36,413 nt of DNA, from IMG/VR virus record IMGVR_UViG_3300032373_001203, positions 1-36,413 of that record, one strand, 5' to 3'. This DNA comes from a virus. Lineage: Duplodnaviria > Caudoviricetes. Numbering within the stretch: the stretch's first letter is position 1; the number at the start of each line of letters is the position of its first letter. The notes below the pieces were generated by a model. That model was not told the DNA's origin, ran no database searches, and saw only the letters and a program-made list of their open reading frames with translations. Of the stretch, positions 27,152-36,173 are shown in pieces. The translations under genes were made by a program, and so were the position numbers.

Positions 27152-29394
27152 CCGACTTTCTGCCGATTTCCGCGCGCGACGAACGTAACGCCCTGCAAAG
27201 TCTATCTGTGTTGCAGCCCGCGGCCGTGCCGCCCACCGGGGCGGGCGACAATGCAGCGGCTTCTTGGAACGCCATGGTGTTCGAAAACCTCGCCGTATCC
27301 GACGAACTGGCGTTGGATGCCGGGTGGAGCCACTACCTTGATGGTGTCGAGCGTCAAACCGGCGAACGCATCTTTAACCCCGCGAAGTTTTACATGAACG
27401 CCCTTGGCATCGACGGCCCCGTCGACTGGATGGGCGGCGCCGTCGATGCGGCGTCCGAGGCCGCGTTCGGGGCAAGCCTGGGGTTGACGCGCCAATCGCG
27501 CTACGAAGCCGCCGCCGCCGCCGCCAAGACAAAACTGCAAGCCCTGAAAGCGCGCTTTCCCGATTTGAAGGTCAAGGGACACGAAGAAATACTGGCGCAC
27601 ATTTCCCGTGTTTCAAAAGCGGTGCGCGACGAAACCGCGTTGGTGCGCGCCGGGTCCGACGGATGGGGCGATGTGGGCGCGTTTGCAGGCGGCGCAGGGG
27701 CGGCGGTGCTGGACCCGCCGAACCTTGCCACCGTGATGCTGGGCGCACCGGCGGGGGCGGGCCTCTTGCGCACGTTTTTGGTGGAGGCCGGCCTTGGCGC
27801 GGCGGTAGAGACCGCCACCCTGCCCAGCGTCGCGGGATGGAAACGCGACATCGGTGTTGAGTTCACAGCCGGGGATATGGTCGAGAACGTGGCTTCCGGC
27901 GCGGTCGGTGCGGGCGGCCTGGGGGTTGGCGTCAAGCTCATAGGCCGGGGGTTAGGCGCGTTATCGGACGCATGGCGCGCCGCCCGTCAAGCGGGCGCGG
28001 TGCCGGACACCCCGGAAACCCGCGCGGCCGCCACGGTGGTCGAAACCGCCCGCGACATCACCGAACAATCGCCGTTCGAAGATTCCGTCGAAGGCCAAGC
28101 CGCACACTTAGCGGCGATGGCGGAGGCTGAGCAAGCATTAGCCAATGGAGAGCTTCCATCTGGTCGGGCATTGGATGATTACCTCAATCACCGTCGTGCA
28201 CGCATCAATGACTTGGTTGAACGCGCTGATGGCGCGACGACCCATGCCAAAAATGAAGGAACTAACCCTGCTGACGCCGATGCCATTTTTTATGGACGTC
28301 TAGCGGACTGGCAGTTTGAGGAAATTATCGGGGAAGCGAGTAAGTATTTACCGGAAGGGCATAATCTGGGTATTGCCCAGCGGCGGATGGATACCAACGC
28401 AGTGCACAAAGTCCTGCGTGACCACGGTAGCGATGAAATTCCATTTAAACCCAAAGATTTTCAATCTGTTCCAGATGTCTTGGAGAGGGGGGAGCTTGTA
28501 CAGACAAAACTGAAAAAGGGGCGTCTGGGCATTGAACGTCGCATGATGATTGATGGCAATTGGCTGCATGTGGTTGAGGCTATAGACTATGTTAGTTCAA
28601 AAACTCCACCAAAAAAAATAATGCTACGTTTTCACACGGCGTATTGGAATAAGGGACCCAAAAAAAGAGGCCCCCCTCCCCAAGGGGAGGGTTGGCCTCA
28701 ACAGCCGCTGCAAGTGCCTGAATCGCCTAAGCGCCTCACGGCTCACGTCCAAAACGACCTTGCCGGTCCTGATTACAGAAGTATAGCAAATAAAAATGGT
28801 GAAGAAAACAGCTCTCGTGCCATCAGCGATGCAATGCTGAAAGACGTTCTCGCGGAACACCGCCGTTTCAGCAAAGCCAAGGCGGGGCTTGACACCGACA
28901 GTTCCGCCTATGACGCGGAAGTCTCCAAACATGTAAAAAACAAGGAAGCCATCGCCCGCAAGCATGGGCAAGAATACGGCGTGGACAGCCCGATGGCTGA
29001 ATTTGAAGTGGAGATGTCCGTACACGGCCTCGACGACATCATCTTGCGCTTGGGCAGCACCGCTCAACACATGAAAATCGCCCGTGCCGCGCGTGACGCC
29101 ATGAGCGCGCGAGGGCCCGCCGATTTAAGCCCGCCCACCCCGGCAGAAGCTCGCGCCGCCGTCGAAGAGCTGGACGCCATGCGCCCGGCTCAAGAACAGG
29201 CCCTTTACCGCGATGTGCAGCGCATCGTCGAAGAAAAACCCGACCGCATGATTGATTTTGAAGACCCTCAACCCGACGGCAGCGTCACGTCGGGCACCGC
29301 CACGGCACGCGATTTAATGGACAAGGCCGCCGACGACATTCGCGCGGTCGAGGCATTCCGCGCGTGCGCCGTGGGCAGAAAGGCAGACACATGA
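27148..29394 (+). CDS. Internal virion protein with an inserted low-GC domain (PBECR-like nuclease candidate)
   Basis: Gly/Ala-rich membrane-active N-half (LDPPNL motif); central segment about 28120-28820 with shifted composition and an HKVLRDHG...DF..VPDVL motif. Confidence 0.7.
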   Translation: MTDFLPISARDERNALQSLSVLQPAAVPPTGAGDNAAASWNAMVFENLAVSDELALDAGWSHYLDGVERQTGERIFNPAKFYMNALGIDGPVDWMGGAVDAASEAAFGASLGLTRQSRYEAAAAAAKTKLQALKARFPDLKVKGHEEILAHISRVSKAVRDETALVRAGSDGWGDVGAFAGGAGAAVLDPPNLATVMLGAPAGAGLLRTFLVEAGLGAAVETATLPSVAGWKRDIGVEFTAGDMVENVASGAVGAGGLGVGVKLIGRGLGALSDAWRAARQAGAVPDTPETRAAATVVETARDITEQSPFEDSVEGQAAHLAAMAEAEQALANGELPSGRALDDYLNHRRARINDLVERADGATTHAKNEGTNPADADAIFYGRLADWQFEEIIGEASKYLPEGHNLGIAQRRMDTNAVHKVLRDHGSDEIPFKPKDFQSVPDVLERGELVQTKLKKGRLGIERRMMIDGNWLHVVEAIDYVSSKTPPKKIMLRFHTAYWNKGPKKRGPPPQGEGWPQQPLQVPESPKRLTAHVQNDLAGPDYRSIANKNGEENSSRAISDAMLKDVLAEHRRFSKAKAGLDTDSSAYDAEVSKHVKNKEAIARKHGQEYGVDSPMAEFEVEMSVHGLDDIILRLGSTAQHMKIARAARDAMSARGPADLSPPTPAEARAAVEELDAMRPAQEQALYRDVQRIVEEKPDRMIDFEDPQPDGSVTSGTATARDLMDKAADDIRAVEAFRACAVGRKADT

Positions 29395-31865
29395 GCGCCA
29401 ACATCCTCGAATGCTTGAACGCATTGGTGCTGAGCCGCGAAATCTCGAGCACTCAGGCCGCCGATATCCAAGTCACGTTTGAGCATCACCGCGAAACGTT
29501 CGCACACACCATGACCATGAGCGCGGCGGAGCGCGCAGCGGCGGAAAAAACCGCGTTGCAGTTGGCCGAGGAAAAGGCTCTGCAAAAGCGTCAACGCGCG
29601 CTGCACATCCAAAAAGCGGATGAAATTCTGGGGCGTTTGGCGCTTCCCGAATACGAGCAAAGCATAGGCGAGGCTGCAATTTCGCACCTCACCAAAAGCA
29701 AGACCGCCGCGCCTTGGGCCAACGTCGAATACCGCAAGGGCAGTTGGGAGGGCATCTTGCGCGGCCTGTTCATCGATGGCATCGATGCGTTTCGCTCCAA
29801 AACCGTCGGGTTGCGCCAAGATAAAGCGGGGCTCAAGGATTTTGTGCAAGAGGCTTATCGCGGGGTACGCGAAGACGCCGGCGCGGACACCGGCAACGCC
29901 ACCGCGAAGGGTGCGGCCAAATCGTGGGCCGACATGACCGAAACCGCACGCCTTGCCGCCAATCAAGCGGGGGCCGACATCAAAAAACGTTTTAATTGGG
30001 TGGTGCCCAACGTGCACAGCACCCGGCACATTCACCGCGCCGGGTTCGACACTTGGGTGCGCGACGTGCTGGCGATGAATGTTGAGGTTCTGGATGAGGT
30101 CACCGGCTTGGCGCTCAAAGGTGACAAACTAGGCGAGGCCGTGGGCCAGATATACCGCACGTTGGAGTCCGGCGGCATGGATAAGCTGGCGCAAAAGCCG
30201 TTCGTGGGCCAAGCGCGCAAGCTTGCAAACCGCATGGGCGACCCGCGCACGCTGCAATTCAAGGACGCGGAGGGCTGGCTGGCGTACAACGAAAAATACG
30301 GCTCCGCCGACATTTTCGGCTTGCTGATGAGCCACATCAACCAAGTCTCGCGCGACATCGCCATGTTGGAGGTCTTGGGTCCCAACCCAGAGGCGATGAT
30401 AAGGCAGATGAAAAAGACCGTTGAAGAAGCGGGAGAGCCCGACGGAATTTTGCGCTCCAAGGCCGAACACCTGCAAAACATCTACGACGTGCTTTCAGGC
30501 CGCCTCAACAGCCCGGTGCGCGAATTGTGGTATCGGCTGTTCGGCGGCACGCGTAATGTGCTTTCCACCGCCATGCTGGGCCGTGCGCCGTTGTCCGCTG
30601 TGTCCGACATCATGTTTTTGAAAAAGACCGCCGCGTTTAACGGCCTGCCGTCCATGAAGGTGCTGGCCAACTACGCCAAATCCATGAGCCCCACCAACCA
30701 CGCCGACCGCATTTTGGCGTCGCGCCAAGGCATCGTCGCCGACAGCTGGACGGCGCGCGGCGTGGCGGCGGCGCGCTACCAAGACGAGTTGTTGGGTGAC
30801 GGCTGGACGGCAAAACTGGCCGACACCTTCCACCGTGTGACGGGCCTCACGCAAATGACCGAAGCCGGACGCAAGGCGTTCGGGCAGGAATTCTTCGGCT
30901 ATCTGGCGGACAACGCGGGCAAGGCGCTGGATGAGCTGGACGGACCGCTCAAGCGCGCGTTTAAGCGCCACGGCATCACGTCGGAACTGTGGGACGCCGC
31001 GCGCAAGGTCAAGCCCATGGAAATTGAGGTCGATGGCGTCAAGGTGCCGTTCATGGAATTAACCGATTTGGCGCGCTCAGGCGACGCCAACGCGTTCAAG
31101 GCATCCCAACGGTTGCACGAAATGATTTTGCAAGAAACCGACCTCGCCGTACCCAGCCCCGACGCACGCACCCGCGCCTTATTGGTGGGCAGCACCCGTC
31201 GCGGCACGTTTTGGGGTGAGGTGATTCGTTCCGTGACCATGTATAAATCGTTTTCCGTCACCGTGATGCACACCCACTGGTTGCGCGGCGCGATGGAGGC
31301 CAAGGCGAAGCGCTATGGCTATCTGCCGTCTTTGATGGTGGGCTTGACCGTGATGGGCGGCGCTTCGGTACAAATGAAAGAAATCGCCAAGGGCCGCGAC
31401 CCGCGCGACATGTCTGAGCCGTCCTTTGCCGCCGCAGCGTTCATGCAGGGCGGCGGGTTGGGGATTTATGGCGATTTTCTCTATTCGTGGCTGTCGCGCG
31501 CCCAGGGCACCGCCTTGGAAACATCCGCGGGACCGTTGGCGCAATTGGCATTGACCGATGCGCCGCGCCTGTCTTTTTCCAACGCCCGCCAACTTTACGC
31601 CGGCGAAGACACCGGCTTTGCCGCCGAAATGGTGCGCTTCATCAAACGCTACATGCCGTTTTCCAACGTCTGGTATTTGGGGCTGGCGTTCGAACGCACC
31701 GTGTTCGACCAAATGCAAATGATGGCGGACCCCAAATGGGCGCGCAGCTTTCAACGCATGGAAAACCGCGCGCGCAAAAACACCGGACAGGAATACTACT
31801 GGGCCCCCGGCGACATGGCACCGGAACGCGGCCCCGATGCCGCGGCGGCCGTGGGCATGGATTAG
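29391..31865 (+). CDS. Large internal virion / ejection protein
   Basis: 824 aa; GPNP, RGTFWGE..RS...YKSF, KGRDPR, QGGGLGIYGDFL motifs of BPP-1-like large internal proteins. Confidence 0.8.
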   Translation: MSANILECLNALVLSREISSTQAADIQVTFEHHRETFAHTMTMSAAERAAAEKTALQLAEEKALQKRQRALHIQKADEILGRLALPEYEQSIGEAAISHLTKSKTAAPWANVEYRKGSWEGILRGLFIDGIDAFRSKTVGLRQDKAGLKDFVQEAYRGVREDAGADTGNATAKGAAKSWADMTETARLAANQAGADIKKRFNWVVPNVHSTRHIHRAGFDTWVRDVLAMNVEVLDEVTGLALKGDKLGEAVGQIYRTLESGGMDKLAQKPFVGQARKLANRMGDPRTLQFKDAEGWLAYNEKYGSADIFGLLMSHINQVSRDIAMLEVLGPNPEAMIRQMKKTVEEAGEPDGILRSKAEHLQNIYDVLSGRLNSPVRELWYRLFGGTRNVLSTAMLGRAPLSAVSDIMFLKKTAAFNGLPSMKVLANYAKSMSPTNHADRILASRQGIVADSWTARGVAAARYQDELLGDGWTAKLADTFHRVTGLTQMTEAGRKAFGQEFFGYLADNAGKALDELDGPLKRAFKRHGITSELWDAARKVKPMEIEVDGVKVPFMELTDLARSGDANAFKASQRLHEMILQETDLAVPSPDARTRALLVGSTRRGTFWGEVIRSVTMYKSFSVTVMHTHWLRGAMEAKAKRYGYLPSLMVGLTVMGGASVQMKEIAKGRDPRDMSEPSFAAAAFMQGGGLGIYGDFLYSWLSRAQGTALETSAGPLAQLALTDAPRLSFSNARQLYAGEDTGFAAEMVRFIKRYMPFSNVWYLGLAFERTVFDQMQMMADPKWARSFQRMENRARKNTGQEYYWAPGDMAPERGPDAAAAVGMD

Positions 31866-31876
31866 GGACGCAATAC

Positions 31877-32185
31877 ATGTTTGACAAACTGCCCCCGGAA
31901 TTTCAGCAATTCGGCTTGGGAATTATGGGCTTCCTGCCCACCGCCGCGCTGGCGCGATTCCTCGTCCATCATCGTTTGGTGCGCCTTGGGCACCGCAATA
32001 TGTGGTCGCCTCAGCTTTGGGTGGAAGTGCCCACTTGCATCTTTAGCGCCATCATCGGTGGCGGCATTGCCGAAGGACTTGGATGGGAGGGGTTGGCGGC
32101 ACAGGCGATGGTCGGATTTTGCGGATGGATGGGCCCACACGGCCTGGAAGTCTTCGCCTCGAAGTGGATAACCAAGGGTAGGTGA
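31877..32185 (+). CDS. Putative holin
   Basis: 102 aa with 2-3 hydrophobic helices, GWMGP motif and a basic C-terminus; last gene of the late operon. Confidence 0.7.
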   Translation: MFDKLPPEFQQFGLGIMGFLPTAALARFLVHHRLVRLGHRNMWSPQLWVEVPTCIFSAIIGGGIAEGLGWEGLAAQAMVGFCGWMGPHGLEVFASKWITKGR

Positions 32186-32367
32186 ACCCATAAGTTTTAG
32201 GTGAGCACCCCAAAAGGCGATGTCCGCTGCACTCAGCGTGACATGTGACGCCACTTTTACCACCCCTCATAGAGTGTGCAAAAATCACGCCTACATTTTT
32301 TAGTGCGTCACGCCTATGCTTGGCAAATTGTGATGTAGAGAAAGGGTCGGGGAGTGAGAATGCCAAC

Positions 32368-32925
32368 ATGAAAAATGCGCAATTGGTTTTCACCGAGAAA
32401 CACAGAATATCGTTTGCAGCTGCAAATCTCTGTAAGGGGGCGGTGCGTTTTTTCTTAATTGTGGCTGTGATTTTTGGAAGCGTTGCCTTAGCGGCGCTTT
32501 CAAGTCTTTTTTCAAGTATGGGCGTGCCGGATGCCGCCTTTGTTTTATCCGGCCTGTTACATGTGAGCTTTTTCACTTCGTCCGTTTCTGCGCTGGCGGC
32601 GCAGCAGTTTTTTTGGGGGGAAAAGCACTACTCACGGGCTCTGCGGGGCATGGATGTGAATGCTTTGAGTTCAAAAGTCAGAAGTGGCGATACCAATAAG
32701 GCCGTCAAGGATACTCTCTTAAAAACGGCATGGTTCCCCTTGGTCTTAGGAGGGGTGCTGTACATTGCTATACCGCTAGATATCTTCCGCTTAAACTTCA
32801 CATGTATGGCCGTTCACCACACATTGGAGGACAAGCCCGATTACAATCTCACCTACAGGGTGAAGCAGCTCAACTGCCCAGACCTAAAAATATCACCGCA
32901 AGAGCGAAGGGCGGACGAGGGGTAG
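32368..32925 (+). CDS. Low-GC cargo membrane protein (about 3 TM)
   Basis: ATG at 32368 after GGAG; hydrophobic helices; own AT-rich upstream region. Confidence 0.65.
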   Translation: MKNAQLVFTEKHRISFAAANLCKGAVRFFLIVAVIFGSVALAALSSLFSSMGVPDAAFVLSGLLHVSFFTSSVSALAAQQFFWGEKHYSRALRGMDVNALSSKVRSGDTNKAVKDTLLKTAWFPLVLGGVLYIAIPLDIFRLNFTCMAVHHTLEDKPDYNLTYRVKQLNCPDLKISPQERRADEG

Positions 32926-33083
32926 CGCCTTGGGAGGCCGCACGCGGGGCGCTGCACATCAACACTCAAGCAATATAATTAATTTCACACGCCCCCCCCT
33001 TTAGCATACGCTTGGGACAATGCATTCAAGGTAATACGTTAAAGACATGTATCAGAAAAAATTTGACTTGTTAGGTAGGGGCA

Positions 33084-33965
33084 ATGACGGAAGGGTTTAG
33101 CGAAGACCGCATCGAAATTCATTTTGATGTGCATCAACCCATCGAATTGACTGAAATGACATTGGCATTTCAGGCCCTCGGTCGTGACTACAAAAAATTT
33201 ATCAACGAGAAAATTCGTGCAGAGGGCGGCAAGACGAATGACGACGATGTGAAGCTGTACATCACAAAGATTGAATCAAACTGTATTTTAGCAGAGCTGG
33301 CGGGAGCCTCACAAATTGTAGGGGCATATTTTACCCTTATGGATTATCAGAGCATTTTCATCGATTATGTTCGCAATTTTGGGAGTGTTGTCGATTATTT
33401 TCGGGGTTTATCTACATCAAAAGATGTGAAGGCTGACGATATTGAGTGCACTAAGGCCGGTGCACAAGCAATCTCAGACGTGATGTCCGTTGTTGCTAAA
33501 AATCATGATGGCAAGTTTGCCATTCGGGCTCGGGCGGGCTCTGAAACCGCCAGCGGACACAAAGTGTATGCAGAGGTTGAGCTAACAAGTGACGAAGCGG
33601 CAGAGACTCAGCGAGGCGCGCTTATTGCTCAAAAGGTCTTGGATTATCGGGGCAAAGCAGATTACGAAAATGTTCTTATGTATTTCCAAAGAACAAGCAC
33701 AGAAGACACTAAGGCTGGCGGTAGGACGGATGACAAGGCCGTAATCACCTCAATCGCTGAAAAGCCTCTTCCTGTGCATTTTGCATCACGCCTTGACCAA
33801 GCCAAAATCAACGACATGAAAAGCGACCCGCACCAAAACCCGTTCAAGTCGGCGTATCGTGTTGACGTGAATGTTGAGGTCGATAGAAAAGGCGTGCCGC
33901 GATTTTATCGTGTATTGCACCTGCATGAAATATTACCAGAAGATGAAAATGATAAGGCTCCGTGA
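33084..33965 (+). CDS. Low-GC cargo protein of unknown function (293 aa)
   Basis: Long clean ORF, AGGTAGGGG RBS, AT-rich upstream region, codon usage unlike the core genes. Confidence 0.85.
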   Translation: MTEGFSEDRIEIHFDVHQPIELTEMTLAFQALGRDYKKFINEKIRAEGGKTNDDDVKLYITKIESNCILAELAGASQIVGAYFTLMDYQSIFIDYVRNFGSVVDYFRGLSTSKDVKADDIECTKAGAQAISDVMSVVAKNHDGKFAIRARAGSETASGHKVYAEVELTSDEAAETQRGALIAQKVLDYRGKADYENVLMYFQRTSTEDTKAGGRTDDKAVITSIAEKPLPVHFASRLDQAKINDMKSDPHQNPFKSAYRVDVNVEVDRKGVPRFYRVLHLHEILPEDENDKAP

Positions 33966-33985
33966 GGTGTGTGAGTGAGGCTCGA

Positions 33986-34207
33986 TTACGCGCCCGTTGC
34001 TGCGATGATGTCAGCATCGGTCGCGGCGCTGTTTGTTGCCTCGGTGTTCTCGAAAGCACGGTCTATTACCTGCTGAACTTCCATAGGTTCAACGGTCGCC
34101 ATGCGGCTGCGGTCGCAATACCGAACTACCGCTTGCCGTAGCAGTTCTATCTCGGCGTCGCGGTCTGCGATGAAGCCGCGATACATTTTTAAATCTTGGT
34201 CATTCAT
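33986..34207 (-). CDS. Hypothetical phage protein
   Basis: GGAGG RBS and ATG. Confidence 0.7.
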   Translation of the reverse strand: MNDQDLKMYRGFIADRDAEIELLRQAVVRYCDRSRMATVEPMEVQQVIDRAFENTEATNSAATDADIIAATGA

Positions 34208-34220
34208 GGTTCAAACCCTC

Positions 34221-34418
34221 CTAATCTTCCATCGCTAAAGACAGGCGAAATTCGTGTACCCAAAGTTCTTTAGCGGTCCCCGCGTCGAACCATTCAACGC
34301 AATATAGGGGTGCGCTATCAGGTTTTATTTGCGCGGTAGTGACAATCGTCACTAGGTCTTTGTCGCCATCAACAAGGACGTGATCCTTAGGCAAAAATTT
34401 GATTTCAACTGTTCGCAT
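34221..34418 (-). CDS. Hypothetical phage protein (small beta-barrel-like)
   Basis: GGAGG RBS and ATG; YCVEWFDAG motif. Confidence 0.7.
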   Translation of the reverse strand: MRTVEIKFLPKDHVLVDGDKDLVTIVTTAQIKPDSAPLYCVEWFDAGTAKELWVHEFRLSLAMED

Positions 34419-34430
34419 CGTTGCCCCCTC

Positions 34431-34721
34431 CTAACCGCGCGGCTGCTTTTTCCGCTTGCGCATTTCTTCCGGGGTCACAATTGTGCCGTTAGTTGCGCAC
34501 CACGACAGACAGCCAAGTTCGGGCTTAGTCCAGTCCCCATCTTCAAAAGCGCAAATCCCGTCCACCAAAAACTTGTCCGTCAATTCGGGATGGGTGGTTA
34601 GGATCGACACGAACTGGCCCGCAAGTTCAGAACTTGAGACGCCCGCATGCCAAGCCACATCAGTTGCAATTTCGGCAATGCGTTTGATGGCTTGCGCTGG
34701 CGTTAGGTCTGTTCTTCTCAT
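34431..34721 (-). CDS. Hypothetical phage protein
   Basis: GGAGG RBS; tightly packed with neighbours. Confidence 0.7.
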   Translation of the reverse strand: MRRTDLTPAQAIKRIAEIATDVAWHAGVSSSELAGQFVSILTTHPELTDKFLVDGICAFEDGDWTKPELGCLSWCATNGTIVTPEEMRKRKKQPRG

Positions 34722-34735
34722 AGTCAAAATCCCTC

Positions 34736-35236
34736 CTAGCCGAACAGCGGCATGGGTGCCGGTTCGGGTTCTGATTTTTGTTTCGTCTTGCGGGTCGGCT
34801 CATTCGGCCAAGCCACCATCCAGGGCTTGGGCGCGTCCAGTTCGCCACTCTCTTGCCACTTGAAATAGCCAAGCTGGCCGACTGCCGGGATTGGATCGAC
34901 GGCAAGGTGATCGGCCAACACCAACCCACGCGGCCCAAAGAACCAGGGGCTTTCGTGTGCGCTCACAATCTCTGTGACGGTCACAATTCCAATGATCCCG
35001 CCGCGCACCAACTTGTCAGGGCGCGGGACAGTGAGGCCGGAAGTCTTTTCGATGAAATGGCCGTCGCAATCGTATTCGTCCTGCGTCATGCCCTTGCTGG
35101 CGTGGATGCAGATACGGCGCGGCTTCATGCCATAGCGCACGGCGGCGGCGCTGCGGTTCTCAATATCCTTGTGAGCGTGGATGATTGCCCAGGCCCACGG
35201 TTGTTTCACTGACAGGGCGATTTCTGGCAAGTCCAT
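34736..35236 (-). CDS. ASCH-domain protein
   Basis: ALSVKQPWAWAII...KDIENR...IHASK...RGGIIG...SPWFFGP...GQLGYF. Confidence 0.88.
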   Translation of the reverse strand: MDLPEIALSVKQPWAWAIIHAHKDIENRSAAAVRYGMKPRRICIHASKGMTQDEYDCDGHFIEKTSGLTVPRPDKLVRGGIIGIVTVTEIVSAHESPWFFGPRGLVLADHLAVDPIPAVGQLGYFKWQESGELDAPKPWMVAWPNEPTRKTKQKSEPEPAPMPLFG

Positions 35237-35297
35237 GTTCGTTTCTCCATCCGTAACCGAGATGCCATAACGCGGCGTCAAACGGGCGGGTTGTAAA

Positions 35298-35654
35298 TCA
35301 GTCGTTTACGTCCTGTGCGTCGTCTTTGGCCGGGGTGTCGGTTTGGGACGTTTGTTCCGCGATAGCGGTCCTAAGGTTTTCAGGTGTGAAAATACCTAAG
35401 CCGTTGTTGAGGTCGAACTTCATGAAGTCGATCAACAGCGCTTCGATTTCCTTGGTGTATTTTTTGTCGTCTGGCGTGATGTCGTTGCCTCTCTGGTCTT
35501 CGCAAAGACACGCGTCCGACGTCCCGCGATTATTGCGGGCCGTAATGTGCTGTCCTGAATTCGAAGTGATCGCGCGCGCAGGATGTGCGTCGGACGATTG
35601 AGGCGGGAAGGGGACTCCCACCGCCCTTTCACGGCGGCAACAGGGGAAAGACAA
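35298..35654 (-). CDS. Hypothetical protein, start uncertain (only the C-terminal ~60 aa look coding)
   Basis: C-terminal part is protein-like; a GAGAGG RBS precedes an ATC rather than an ATG, so it may be a pseudogene. Confidence 0.35.
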   Translation of the reverse strand: MSFPCCRRERAVGVPFPPQSSDAHPARAITSNSGQHITARNNRGTSDACLCEDQRGNDITPDDKKYTKEIEALLIDFMKFDLNNGLGIFTPENLRTAIAEQTSQTDTPAKDDAQDVND

Positions 35655-35776
35655 AAAGCGTTTCCAAAACGAGTGGTGTGTGGTGCCGTTTGATGGTGCG
35701 TCGTGGTCACAACATTGGAAACGAAAGAGAGATAAAATATATTTGCATCACGGCATTGGCGTTTTTTGCTCAAATA

Positions 35777-35822
<46 letters not shown>

Positions 35823-35826
35823 ATTC

Positions 35827-35867
35827 AAGGCCCTGGAAACGTTGGTGTTTCCAGGGCCTTTTTCTTT
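35827..35867 (+). terminator. Rho-independent terminator after the tRNA fragment
   Basis: Perfect 14-bp stem AAGGCCCTGGAAAC / GTTTCCAGGGCCTT followed by a T tract. Confidence 0.85.
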
Positions 35868-35881
35868 ATAGAATCCATCCG

Positions 35882-35924
35882 TTCCGACAAGCATTCCGGA
35901 TGTCATTCCGACAAAGTGCTGATT
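35882..35924. repeat. Integrase arm-type repeats with an IHF-like site
   Basis: TTCCGACAA / TTCCGGATG / TTCCGACAA at 12-bp period, then CAAAGTGCTGATT. Confidence 0.6.
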
Positions 35925-35994
35925 TAAAAGATAGTTTGTGTATGAAAGCCACCTAATCAAAGTCACTTCAGTGGCAAGCCCCTAGTATAGCGGC

Positions 35995-36033
35995 GCGCGA
36001 GTTTTTGCACAGATTAGCGCGAGTTTTTGCACA
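35995..36033. repeat. Perfect 17-bp direct repeat GCGCGAGTTTTTGCACA x2
   Basis: Copies at 35995-36011 and 36017-36033 (22-bp period). Confidence 0.85.
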
Positions 36034-36173
36034 CCGTTTTTCGTTAGAAACTGTTTTTCGGGCGGTGGAAATGAGGCGGATTTAACGCTTCGAAGGCCTC
36101 GCCCCTGCCGACTGTCTCAATCGACGCTTCCAGCGTCCTGCCCTTACGGTACAGGAAGGGCGAGAATTTTCAC

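Noticed and set aside
16926-32185. Diversity-generating retroelement, expected from the BPP-1-like gene order
   Set aside because: No reverse transcriptase motifs, no TR/VR repeat pair and no target fibre gene seen.
35995-36033. CRISPR array
   Set aside because: Only two 17-bp copies separated by 5 bp; no spacers and no cas genes.
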